Positions 21,999-33,100 of a stretch of DNA of 64,000 nucleotides are shown here, piece by piece. This stretch comes from Podarcis muralis (taxonomy: Eukaryota), in assembly GCF_964188315.1 (NCBI RefSeq), contig NC_135658.1, positions 1,736,001 to 1,800,000 on the forward strand. The letters are read 5' to 3'. The position numbers and the translations under genes were made by a program. The notes under the pieces were generated by a model. That model searched no databases, was not told where the DNA came from, and saw nothing but the letters and a program-made list of their open reading frames with translations. The first letter of the stretch is position 1. Each line of letters opens with the position of its first letter.

Positions 21999-22345
21999 AA
22001 AAAAGTAAAGGGACCCCTGACCATTAGGTCCAGTGGTGACCGACTCTGGGGTTGTGGCGCTCATCTCGCTTTATTGGCTGAGGGAGCCAGCGTACAGCTT
22101 CCAGGTCATGTGGCCAGCATGACTAAGCCGCTTCTGGCGAACCAGAGCAGCGCACGGAAACGCCGTTTACCTTCCCGCTGGAGCGGTACCTATTTATCTA
22201 CTTGCACTTTGACGTGCTTTTGAACTGCTAGGTTGGCAGGAGTTGGGACCGAACAACGGGAGCTCACCCCGTCATTGCGGGGATTCAAACTGCCGACCTG
22301 CTGACCTAGGCTCTGTGGTTTAACCCACAGCACCACCTGCGTCCC
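21999..22345 (-). mobile_element. Sauria SINE, full length
   Basis: TSD TTACTCAGTTTAA (21986-21998, 22346-22358). Confidence 0.92.
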
Positions 22346-23367
22346 TTACTCAGTTTAACTAGGCTCAAAAGAAAATGAAATCATCAAAATGATGCAGTTT
22401 TATGAATTTCTTCTTCTAATTCTCAGTCCAGTGAGCACAGTGAAGTCAAAGCCCAACTTTGAATCAGGCCTTCATTTTGGTGTCCTCTGCTCATTGGAGT
22501 GCCTCTTGAGACACACATAACATCTTTAGTGTGTGTGTGTGTGTTTTCACCTGTTGAAGACTTTCTTCTTCCAACAAGCTTTCAAGATAGAGATTTTTCT
22601 CCCAATCGGTATCTGCATAAGATTTGAAAATCTTTTGGTATATGGAATTATTTTAATTTTATTTAAATTCATGGGTGTTTTTACAGCTTCTATACGTATG
22701 TGAAATATATCTGTGTGAAATCATTTCAGGATTCTTCATAGGAAGCAATTCATAAACAAAACAGACAAATAAATAATTCCACACTCCTATTTCTCTTAGC
22801 GCTACCATGAATACATCCCAGAGTGCTGCATCTAACTAGCCACCTCATGTAAACAATGCTTAAAATATATAGATCTGAGAGTGCAACTTTGTAATCTCAC
22901 TGTTGCAGCTGCTGTGACCTAGTTTGTCCATGGGGGAAAGTGCTCACAAACAGATGCACACACAGAGACAAGAGCAGCTTCTCCCTGAGTAGCCCACTTT
23001 GTCTTAAATTATGATGCACCATGTAATGACAGAATAATACTGGAGAGGAGCTCACTCTGCAGCTCACGCTGCTTCCGACCATGAAGGGAAAAATTGCTAT
23101 CATGGTTATTAGTCATAGCTAGCTCAATAGCACCACACATTCATTCCAATCTATGTTACCAGAGAGAAGATGGTGGCATCGCTCATGCTCCTCTTCTGGT
23201 TTTCAGTCTAGCAAGCACACTGAAGTCTATGTCCAAGTAGTCTTCAGGTTCATCTTCATTGGAAACCAAACATTTTGTGCATTCATAGAATCATAGAATT
23301 GTGGAATTGGAAGGGACCCTGAGATAAACAGAATTGTTTATGCTGAATCATGATGGTTATGCTGTAT

Positions 23368-23752
23368 GGGACGCTGGTGGCGCTGTGGTCTAAACCACTG
23401 AGCCTCTTGGGCTTGTCGATTGGAAGGTCGGCAGTTTGAATCCACTCAATGGTGGTGAGGTCCTGTTGCTCTGTCCCAGCTCCTGCCAACCTAGCAGTTC
23501 GAAAGCACACAAGCACAAGTATATAAATAGGTACCACTGTGGCGGGAAGGTAAATGGTGTTTCCGTGTGCTCTGGCTTCCGTCACAGTGTCCCGTTGTAC
23601 CAGAAGTGGTTTAGTCTTGTTGGCCACATGACCTGGAAAGCTGTCTGTGGACAAACATCGGCTCCCTCGGCCTGAAAGCAAGATGAGTGCCACAACCCCA
23701 TAGTCACCTTTGACTGGACTTAACTGTCTAGGGGTCCTTTACCTTTACCTTT
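23368..23752 (+). mobile_element. Sauria SINE (more diverged subfamily)
   Basis: GGGACGCTGGTGGCGCTGTGG head, (ACCTTT)n tail. Confidence 0.88.
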
Positions 23753-24067
23753 CACCTCCTATGTCCATTGTCAGAGGCAGTGTGCATCTGAACACCAAAG
23801 GCTGGACATTACAGGTGGGGAGAGTGGCTCTTGTGCTCAGGTCCTGCTCATTGGGACATCTGGTTCGGCCCCTGTGAGAGCAGGACATTGGTCTAGATGG
23901 GCCACTGGCCTGATCCAGTAGGGGTTTTCTTATAAACAAGCAAACAAAATCAATATTCATATTTCTCTTGGTGCAACCACCAATATAGTATTGCAGCTAA
24001 TGAGCCACTTCACATAGCCAATGCTTAAAATGTACAGATAAGACAGCGGAACTCAGTAATTGCACCG

Positions 24068-24311
24068 TTGCAGCTGCTGTGACCTAGTTTGCTGAGGGAG
24101 GATGGTGCTCAGCACTAGTTCTGTGCACTGTAGAAATGTCTGCCTTGGCTTAGTGCCCCTTGGTGTCCCCGCAAGCTGCAGGAGGGACGTCTCATCTCCT
24201 TCATCTCCAGGGATTCCCAAGAAAGCAGCATAAATCTTTACACAGCTGAGCCTCTGACATGACTGGGTCTTTCTCCTGGTCGCCAGCAGAGACTAAAACG
24301 CTTCCATCCAG
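24068..24311 (+). promoter_or_regulatory. Putative promoter plus exon 1 of the OR at 26233 (donor mutated)
   Basis: Homology block; homeodomain-type TAATGA and TAATTG just upstream; TCTCCAGGGA; CATAAAT 24229-24235; CAG|ATGGGT where paralogs have GT. Confidence 0.55.
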
Positions 24312-24560
24312 ATGGGTCTTTTTATGCTCCAGGTGGAACTTGTTCTTCATCAGAGAAGGTTGCCACAAACTGCCTTCTGGTGTCGGGGATATTGATCCAG
24401 GATTCAGGGCTCATCCGCTCTGACCAGTGCTTTCTAGACAAGCAGAAGTCTAGATGAGCCCAGAATCGCCATAATAGAGAACCTTGCCGAGGTATGGAAT
24501 GGGCCTGAATATTCAAGGGCTGTAGCTCTGGAGTGTTTCAAGTGGCAGGTAGGGGGTCAA

Positions 24561-24593
<33 letters not shown>

Positions 24594-24820
24594 TATCCCA
24601 CCTTTCACTCCCTTTAAGGAGTCTCAAAGTGGCTAACATTCTCCTTTCCCTTCCTCCCCGACAACAAACACTCTTGTGAGGTGAGTGGGGCTGAGAGACT
24701 TCAGAGAAGTGTGACTGGTCCAAGGTCACCCAGCAGCTGCAGGTGGAGGAGCGGAGACGCGAACCCGGTTCCCCAGATTACGTGACTACCGCTCTTTACC
24801 ACTACACCACACTGGCTCTC
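24561..24820 (-). mobile_element. Squam3-like SINE adjoining (AT)n
   Basis: Full head and body in reverse. Confidence 0.88.
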
Positions 24821-25045
24821 AAATGGGCCAGATGCGCCCACTTTCTTTAAAAAAAACTGAATCCTGTGTACCTGCTGCCCCAGCTAGAAATGTTTCTCCC
24901 TGGCTTCTCCCAAGATGATGGAGTTCAGGGACAAGGCTCCTCCAAATTCCTGCGGAGCAGAGCAGCTCTTCTGCCTCCTCTTCCAGAGTGGCTTCTGGAA
25001 TGTCTGTTGGTACCCATTATTTATTGGGATTTTAAAAAGAGGGTG

Positions 25046-25460
25046 TAATAATAATAATAATTTATTATTTATACCCCGCCCATCTGGCTGGGTTTCCCCA
25101 GCCACTCTGGGCGGCTTCTAACAAAATATTAAAATACGGAGTCTGTTAAACATTAAAAGCTTCCCTAAACAGGGCTGCCTTCAGATGTCTTCTAAAAGTC
25201 TGGTAGTTGTTTAGCTCTTTGACATCTGATGGGAGGGCGTTCCACAGGGCAGATGCCACTACAGAGAAGGCCCTCTGCCTGGTTCCCTGTAACTTGGCTT
25301 CTCACAACGGAGGAACCACCAGAAGGCCCTAGGCACAGGACTTCAGCGTCTGGGCAGAATGATGGGGGTGGAGACGCTCCTTCAGGTATACTGGACCAAG
25401 GCTGTTTAGGGCTTTAAAGGTCAGCACCAATACTTTGAATTGTGCTCAGAAACGTACTGA
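25046..25460 (-). mobile_element. L2-like LINE 3' fragment
   Basis: (TTA)n-type tail and body shared with 39094-39305 and 51345-51540; family name from memory. Confidence 0.55.
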
Positions 25461-25687
25461 GATGCTTCAGTATTAGGGCTTACCCAGATTTTATCCAGGC
25501 CCAGGTTTTAAAGCTCCATGTCTGAGCAAGGTATTTTCTCATGTGACCTGGCTAGCCCCCAAGAAAAACTTTTGTTTCACTGCTGAATCAGAGCAAGTGG
25601 GTTGCTGTTTGCTCTGATTCACTGGTAAAACGTGGGTTTTCCCATTGAAAGCGCCAGGACAAAAAACAGCCACCACCACTTAGACAT

Positions 25688-25890
25688 GGAGTTGCTGAGG
25701 TCTGTCACATGCATGATGCGCGAACTCTGCAGATCCCTAAGTGTGCCGGTGTCGGTTGGCATCGGTCGCTGTGATGTTCAGGCAGAAGAAAGCTTTTGAA
25801 GCTCCCAAACAAAAAACCAGGAGGGAGAGAACATGCCATTTGGGCATGTGTCTCTGACACGGTCCTACTCGAGTGTAGGCTGACCTCCTG
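25688..25890 (+). mobile_element. Partial copy of the LTR at 30626-31097
   Basis: Aligns by eye to about 30895-31097. Confidence 0.7.
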
Positions 25891-25977
25891 ATAGGAGTAA
25901 GCTTGATTTCTGCTGCTCCAGAGACCAAAACCAATGGATTCAAATTGCACAGAAGGTGATGCTGTGTAAACAGTGAG

Positions 25978-26150
25978 AGCTGTTCAACAGTGGAATGGAC
26001 TCCCTTGGAAGGTGATGGACTGTCCTTCATTGGAAAGACAGTTTGGATGGCCATCTGTCAGAGATGCTCTATCTCTGATGCCTGCTTGCAGGGGGTTGGA
26101 CTAGATGGCCCTTGGGGTCCCTTACAACTCTACATTTCTATGATTCTATA
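25978..26150 (+). mobile_element. CR1 LINE 3' end
   Basis: GGGGGTTGGACTAGATG...TTCTATGATTCTAT terminal repeat. Confidence 0.8.
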
Positions 26151-26232
26151 AAGCTCCCATGTTGATGATGAGGCCTTTTCCTCCCTTATGTCCACCCAGG
26201 TGCTGCTGAATGGGAGAACTTGATCGCTCACC

Positions 26233-27177
26233 ATGGAGCTGCTCAGAAACCAAAGCTCCCTCCACTCTACGTTCCTGCTCACTGGCATCCCAGAACTGCA
26301 GGCCGGAAATATCGGGGTCTCCATCCCTTTCTGCTTTGCCTATGCGGTTGCTGTCTTGGGGAATAGTGCTATATTCCTAGTGATTGTGAAGGATCGGAGC
26401 CTCCACAAGCCCATGTATCTCTTCCTCTGCATGCTGGCTGTGAGTGAGCTGGGGGTCTCCCTCTCTACCCTTCCCACGGTGCTGAGTGTCTTCCTGTTTG
26501 ATGCCAGGGAGATTGGGCTGGATGCGTGCCTCAGCCAGATGTTCTTCATCCACTGCTTCTCCATCATGGATTCAGGGGTCCTCTGGGCGATGGCCCTGGA
26601 CCGCTTCATAGCCATTTACAACCCTCTGCAATACACCACCATCCTGACCAACTTCAGGATTGCCATGATAGGCTCAGGGATTGCAGCAAAGAGCATTATC
26701 CTGCTGGCCCCACTGCCTCTTCTCCTGAGGAGGCTGCCATTCTGTAGGTCCAATGTGCTTGCTCACCCCTACTGTCTACACCCGAATTTAATCCGGCTCC
26801 CTTGTGCAGACACCACCGTCAACAGCCTCTATGGGCTCTTTGTCTTGCTCTGTACATTTGGCCTCGATTCCCTGTTCATTGTCCTGTCCTACACAATGAT
26901 CCTCAAGACCGTGCTGAGCATGGCCTCCAAGGAAGGCCGCCTCAAGGCCCTGAACACCTGCGTCTCCCACATCTGTGCCGTGGTGATCTATTACACCCCA
27001 ATGATCGGCCTGTCTATGGTGTACCGGTTTGGCAAGCATGCTCCACCTCTGGTTCACTCCCTGATGGCCAACATCTATCTCCTGGTCCCTCCGGTGCTGA
27101 ACCCCATCATCTACAGCATCAAGACCAAGGAGATCCTCAAGGCATTTGGAAGGGTTCTCCATCGGAAGAAATTCTGA
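26233..27177 (+). CDS. Class I olfactory receptor family 51, tandem copy 4, intact, 314 aa
   Basis: OR motifs, Kozak CACCATGG, acceptor AG at 26198-26199. Confidence 0.93.
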   Translation: MELLRNQSSLHSTFLLTGIPELQAGNIGVSIPFCFAYAVAVLGNSAIFLVIVKDRSLHKPMYLFLCMLAVSELGVSLSTLPTVLSVFLFDAREIGLDACLSQMFFIHCFSIMDSGVLWAMALDRFIAIYNPLQYTTILTNFRIAMIGSGIAAKSIILLAPLPLLLRRLPFCRSNVLAHPYCLHPNLIRLPCADTTVNSLYGLFVLLCTFGLDSLFIVLSYTMILKTVLSMASKEGRLKALNTCVSHICAVVIYYTPMIGLSMVYRFGKHAPPLVHSLMANIYLLVPPVLNPIIYSIKTKEILKAFGRVLHRKKF

Positions 27178-27249
27178 CATGGAATGGCAATGACCTGAAC
27201 CATGATTTTTATATTTTCTGAGACTCCTCCGGAAAAACAATCTCTCAAA

Positions 27250-27793
27250 GGACCTGTTGATGGCATTTGACCATTGTACTGTTGAGAGTGTATTAACTTA
27301 TGGTTTGTGTGTGTGGTTTGGGAGCTGCACGGTCAGGGGAAAAACAATGCTGTCCAGGGTTGTAAAGACTGTGGAGAGAATAATTGGGTGCACTCTTCCC
27401 ACCTTGGATCAAATCTATGCTTCCAGGTGCTATAAGAAAGCTGCAGAGATAGCGCAGGATAGTGCGCACCCTGGAAATGATCTCTTTCAGCTTCTGCCTT
27501 CTGGAAGAAGGTCCAGGATTATAAAGACCAGGACTAGCCGCCTGAGAAACAGTTTCTATCCAAATGTGATTTTGGTTTTAAACACAGTGTAAGGTAGTCT
27601 CTATGGGAGTATATTGTATTTAATTGTGGGGTATCAGAGTTTTTAGGGGGCTAACCAGGTTGGGATAGCTGGGATAGGAGGCTTGTTGGTTTTGAATGTC
27701 TTATGTAGATTTTTTCTTTCTTTCTTTCCTTTCAATTCCGTTGTTCTGTATGAGACAATGACAATAAAGATTATCATATAGTATCGTATCGTA
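27250..27793 (+). mobile_element. Rex1/Babar 3' fragment
   Basis: ORF 27257-27592 (CTVESVLTYG..WFG...HPGNDLFQLLPSGRR...NSFYP); AATAAA then (GTATC)n tail. Confidence 0.8.
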
Positions 27794-27982
27794 TGATGCA
27801 GCCACATCCCAGCTTTTTCTCCAAGGAGCTCAAGGTGGTAAACAGGTTTCTCCTTCCCTTCCTTGCTCATCCATCTTTTCATTGACTACAGAATGCACTC
27901 ACCTTAGCATGGTGGGACTGATCCATGTGACAAGTTCATTCATATGCTCCAGCCCTAGTTGGGGGTGGAGTAGTTTGAGACC

Positions 27983-28345
27983 GGGACGCGGGTGGCGCTG
28001 TGGGTAAAAGCCTCAGCGCCTAGGGCTTGCCGATCGAAAAGTCAGCGGTTCGAATCCCCGCGGTGGGGTGCGCTCCCGCTGCTCGGTCCCAGCGCCTGCC
28101 AACCTAGCAGTTCCAAAGCACCCCCGGGTGCAAGTAGATAAATAGGGACCGCTTTATAGCGGGAAGGTAAACGGTGTTTCCGTGTGCGGCTCTGGCTTGC
28201 CAGAGCAGCGATGTCACACTGGCCACGTGACCCGGAAGTGTCTGCGGACAGCGCTGGCCCCCGGCCTCTTGAGTGAGATGGGCGCACAACCCTAGAGTCT
28301 GTCAAGACTGGCCTGTACGGGCAGGGGTACCTTTACCTTTACCTT
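27983..28345 (+). mobile_element. Sauria SINE, full length
   Basis: 12-bp TSD TAGTTTGAGACC (27971-27982, 28346-28357). Confidence 0.92.
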
Positions 28346-28444
28346 TAGTTTGAGACCAGAAATGACAACCCCAGTTCGTAGAGAAAACTCTGTGGGTGTT
28401 TAGTGACTCTTAAATGTTCCCGAGAGATAGCTTTTGGCTATGCT

Positions 28445-28593
28445 CGGTGCTTTCCCCCCTAAAAACATGTTTAGGGGTACTCTCATTTTCCTACTCTTGT
28501 TGAAATACTGCCCCTCAACGAGGCCAAACTTAGATTCACAAAATGTTTAGGGGTATGCATCCCACTGCGTCCCCCCAGAAAAAAAAAGCACTG
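28445..28593. mobile_element. hAT MITE, 149 bp
   Basis: Ends CGGTGCTTT / AAAGCACTG; perfect 8-bp TSD GCTATGCT. Confidence 0.8.
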
Positions 28594-29099
28594 GCTATGC
28601 TTATTAAGAAATGACCATGCACTCCATAGGACTGTACACCCACTGATATAAGTCATTTTGTTTTGCAAATCAATGCACACATGTATTTTCATTTATTGTT
28701 GCAGGGGTGGGTTTTTTTTTGGGGGGGGGCGGTCCAGTCTGCATGATAGAGTCCTGTATTTTTCCACATGGGAGCAAATGATCAAGGCTGCTTGTCAAAA
28801 GAAAAGAAAAGAAAACCCACATCGCTTTGCACCATCATTAATTATAATTACAATCATTTTATTTATATGCCGCTTATATGCATGATTGCCTTCTTGCATT
28901 TCTAGTTCCTATCGGTTCCAGTTAGGTGAAGCCTGCATGTCTTCCTTCGCTGTCATTCTGCTTAGATCTCCTCTCAGCTCCCCTCCCCACTCTCTCCAGA
29001 AGCCTCTTGCCATCTCTCGGAGCCAAGGGTTTGGGGTCCAGTGCAGTCGTCAACCTTTCACCCATCCAGGTGTTCTATTCTTTTCTAAACTGCCTAGAC

Positions 29100-29485
29100 C
29101 AGTGGTTGCCAACTGGTGGTCCACGTAACCCACCCGGGGGGGGGGTCTGTGGCCCCATTCACATAACAAAAACTACCACCAAGATGTCAACGTTTTCAAA
29201 AGTAGGAGGTCCATGGCTTGGCTTTCGAAAAACAGGGGGTCTGCGGCGCTTAGCTAATTGGGAAGCTCATCAGTTTTGTTGATTAATTCAATGAAATGGT
29301 TTCAACTGGATTTCGAATAAACGTGCAATTAATTGTCACTGTCCTGAATTTCATTGTGCTTTTGTCTTCCTTGGTGGGTCTTGCAAGCCACTGTTCTGAA
29401 TGACGCCTTTTACAGGGCAGGGGGCACTGGGGGTGAGTTCATGGAACCAAGGGAATGGCGGCCTGAAAAAGTTTGGGAACTGCTG
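29100..29485. mobile_element. Old hAT-like MITE
   Basis: CAGTGGTTGCCAAC / GTTTGGGAACTGCTG ends; TSD decayed. Confidence 0.5.
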
Positions 29486-29705
29486 GTCCAAGAATTTTAT
29501 TGGCGGGTGGCCATATAATAACTAACAGCAACAATGAGGTCATATGAGTACTTCCTTTTCAGGCAAATGCTACTTTGAAGTCAGTCAGCTCTTGTTGCAT
29601 CCAAGAGGTGGTACAAGTTCCAGGTGATGGTCCTTTCTTTGTGTGGGTGACTAGACTCTCTCCACCTGAGGCAGGTGTGGATGGTGACCTTTGAAGTGTT
29701 TTCTT

Positions 29706-30560
29706 TTCTTTTCTAATATAATTTTTATTTATTTTCCATTTAATATTATACATTCACATCATCTTTATCCACTATGCCACCTTGGCTCTAAGAGCCTATC
29801 TACTTCCTTCCCACCCACCTCATGGCTTTCAAAATTAACCTTTATATCATTGCAATTTATAGGTTTTCCAATTCTAATTACACTCATTACAGAATATCTC
29901 TAAAATTTAAATGAATAGAGAAAGATAGAAATTTCTCATTACAAGTCTTCAGACAACCCTGCTAGTGATCTTAATTGCTTACAATGATCTTTCAAATATC
30001 GTATAAATTTAGTCCAATCTTTTTGGAATACTTGGTCGTGCTGCTTTCAGATTTTCCCCATCAGCTTCGCCAGTTCTGCAAAGTCCACCATCTTCCTCTG
30101 CCACTCTTTTTTCGTTGGTACTTCTTGTTGTTTCCATTTACAGGCTAAAATAATTCTTGCCACAGTTGTTGCATACATGAATAATCTTTTATTGGTGTCT
30201 CTTCACCCACTAGACCCAATAGAAAGCTTCTGGTTTTTGAACAAAAGTATTTTTAAACATTTTCTTTAACTCATTATATACCATTTCCAAGAAAGCCTTT
30301 ACTTCTTTGCAAGTCCACCGCGTCTGGTAAAAGATACCTTCCCTTTCTTTACATTTCCAACACTCATTAGTTCTTGTCTTGTACATTTTAGCAAGTTGGG
30401 CTTGTGTTAAATACCATCTATACATCATTTTCATAATGTTTTCTTTAAGTGCACTGCATGCCTTCCTTCCACAACCTTTCCCAAGATTCTAACTGAATAT
30501 TATATCCAAAATCTTTAGCCCATTGTGTCATCACCCCTTTGACCTCCTCATCCTTAGCGT
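29706..30560 (-). mobile_element. L1 LINE 3' fragment (degraded ORF2 C-terminus)
   Basis: ORF 30210-30434 KMMYRWYLT...CWKCKEREG..WTC (L1 Cys-rich domain); AATAAA and T-rich tail at left. Confidence 0.8.
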
Positions 30561-30625
30561 GCCATTCCAATAGTAATTTCTACATTTCTACCTGTGTTGG
30601 GTTCTGGGCATCCCTTAATCCCTGT

Positions 30626-31097
30626 TGTCAGGTGTGGCCTGCGGGTGTTGGTGTTAGAATTCCTGCTCCGTGATTGCAGTCATGGGATTGTTGTCTATCA
30701 CATGATGGTGTATGTTTTGACTCCACAGAGTGGGAAGTGATGAAGACAGGATGTTTGTGTTCCTGTGTTCCGTGAAGTGGGACTATTGTCCTTTGTTCTT
30801 TTTCTCTTTACTGTCTGATGCTAGAGAGAGAGGGAGCCATGTTGCAGTGCTCCGTGTGTGTTTATGTGTAAATAAAGTAGATTAGCCAAAATGCTGAGTT
30901 GCTGAGGTCTGTCACGTGAGATGCGCAAACTCTGCGGAACCCCCAGTGTGCCGGTGTCGGTTGGCATTGGTCGCTGTGATGTTCAGGCAGAAGAAAGCTT
31001 TTGAAGCTCCTGAACGAACGACCAGGAGGGAAAGAACATGCCAGTCGGGCATGTGTCTCTGCCAGGGTCCTACTCGAGTGTAGGATGAGCTCCTGAC
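30626..31097 (+). mobile_element. Probable Gypsy solo LTR
   Basis: TGTCAGG...CCTGAC inverted ends, internal AATAAA, CTGT flank; partial second copy at 25688. Confidence 0.65.
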
Positions 31098-31325
31098 TGT
31101 TGGCGGGTGCCCCTTTGACTTGACGGATTCACCAGGGTGAACATTGGCCAATGGGGTGCCTGGCCAATGAAGCAGGGAGAGAGGAGTCTTAGGAAAACCT
31201 GTTGTGTAAACACAGTGTTCGGCTGTTAACTTGTGCAAGTGATGAAGGTAGAAATCATCCCCATCTGTTAACAAACTCCTGCCCAGACTTAATTTGATTT
31301 GGTTACATTGGTTAGTTGTGCAGAT

Positions 31326-31466
31326 CCCAGACCCTCCAAGTGGTCCTATTTTCCAGGGACGTCCCTGATTAACAGAAGCTGTCCCAGTTTCTGATTTGAT
31401 CCCAAAATGTCCTGCTTTTCCTTAGGAGGCCCCTATTTTCATTGGAGAAATGTTTGAGGGTATGGT
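31326..31466. mobile_element. Small MITE
   Basis: Imperfect TIRs CCAGACCCTCCAA / TTGAGGGTATGG. Confidence 0.5.
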
Positions 31467-31615
31467 GTTGTGCGACCTCCAAGCTGTCTGAAGGCACTCC
31501 TGTAATAGGGAAGGGTTTTTTTTAATGCTTACTGTTTTATTATGTTTTTAGATATGTTGGAAGCTGCCCAGAGTGCTGTTGGGTATAAATATTAAAATTA
31601 TAATTATGGAATGGG

Positions 31616-31865
31616 CACATGAAGAGTTGTTACAGTTCCACAGAATCTTTTCCACAGAGTCTCATATGTAATATTACAGGATAGTGGATCTTATAGCATA
31701 GTAATTATAGCATGGTTATAGCATAAGATCCACTATCTTGTAATATTACATATGAGCCTGTTCTGCTGATGAAGCCTAGGATGGGGAAACAAGGCTAATA
31801 TTCCAGAAATCCTTGTCTTAGACTCTGTGAAAGGATTCTGTGGAACTGTAACAACTCTTCATGTG
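31616..31865. repeat. Foldback (about 79-bp arms) with a 65-nt insert in the right arm; probable Penelope-like remnant
   Basis: 31616-31694 is the near-perfect reverse complement of 31723-31756 plus 31822-31865. Confidence 0.85.
31758..31825 (+). ncRNA. Degenerate type I hammerhead ribozyme motif
   Basis: CTGATGA (31766-31772), short stem II, GAAA (31786-31789), stem III CAAGG/CCTTG, GUC triplet ending 31817; stem II closing pair and stem I imperfect. Confidence 0.55.
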
Positions 31866-32345
31866 GATTATTGGACTCTATGAACAGACAGGTGGAATAG
31901 ACACTTACACATGTATGGACCTTATGCATGAACTGGCTAGAGAATGAACTGATCCACTGGGTCTTCTGCTTTTTTCATTGAACTTTATGAAACTTCCGTT
32001 GAAATCTACAATTTGATACAATGAATAGTATACCTTATTTATTCAAAAGTACAGCAGGTTACATCTTTTGTGTTTATTAAGTGGATATGGAGACAACGTT
32101 GGCACCTGGGCTTGTTCCTGGGCCTGTCCCCTTTGTTATGTGGGCTGTTGTTTCTGGGAAGCAGCTGTTTCGGAATGGAGGGGCTGCCTGCAGGCAAGCA
32201 GGGATAGGACCACCGCACAAGGTGTGTGTGAGAGACCCACCATTGCCCAGGATGAACTGCAGAGCAATGGCCGTGGCCCTGGAGTGGCTGCAGTTGACAG
32301 GCATCATGGACAGCTGCTTAACATAGCAAACATGGGCATCCAATA

Positions 32346-32589
32346 AAGAAGAAGAGTTTGGATATGATATCCCACTTTATCATTACCCTAAGGAGTCTCA
32401 AAGCGGCTCACATTCTCCTTCCCCTTCCTCCCCCACAACAAACACTCTGTGAGGTGAGTGGAGCTGAGAGACTTCAGAGAAGTGTGACTGGCCCAAGGTC
32501 ACCCAGCAGCTGCGTGTGGAGGACCGGGGAAGCGAACCCGGTTCCCCAGATTATGAGTCCACCACTCTTCACCACCACACCACGCTGGC
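32346..32589 (-). mobile_element. Squam3-like SINE
   Basis: Matches other copies. Confidence 0.85.
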
Positions 32590-32599
32590 TAAAGTGAGA

Positions 32600-32910
32600 T
32601 GCTAGGAGATTCAGGACAAAATAAAGATCATCTTCATGCTGAACTATGGAACTTGGCTGCCACAGGAGGCAGAGATGGGCACCAGCCTAGTTGCTTTAAA
32701 GGAGGATTAGTTAAATTCATGGAGCAGAGGGCTGTCAATCACTATGAGTTGGAGGCAACAAAGCTTCTGAATGCCAGTTGCTGGAAACCCCAGGCAAGGA
32801 GAGGGCTCTTGTGGTCAATTCCTGCTTGTGGGTTTCTTGCAGGTATCTGGCTGGCCACTGTGAGAAAAGGATGCTGGACTAGATGGGCCATTGACCTGAT
32901 CCATAGGGAT
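32600..32910 (+). mobile_element. Old CR1-like LINE 3' fragment
   Basis: GGATGCTGGACTAGATGGGCC tail motif. Confidence 0.55.
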
Positions 32911-33100
32911 ATAGGAAGTTACTTTATACTGGCCCAGACCAGTGGGTCCCTCTAGCTCATTATTGTCTACACCGACTGGCAGTGACTCTCTACGATTTCA
33001 TACAGGAGTCTCTCCCAAGCCTAACCTGAAGGTGCCGGGCACTGAACCTGGGACCTTCTGCAGGGGCAGATGTTCTACCACTGAGCTACAAACCTTCCCC
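32911..33100 (-). mobile_element. tRNA-derived SINE of a second family
   Basis: Reverse A-box GTAGCTCAGTGGTAGA and B-box CCCAGGTTCAGTGCCC. Confidence 0.6.
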
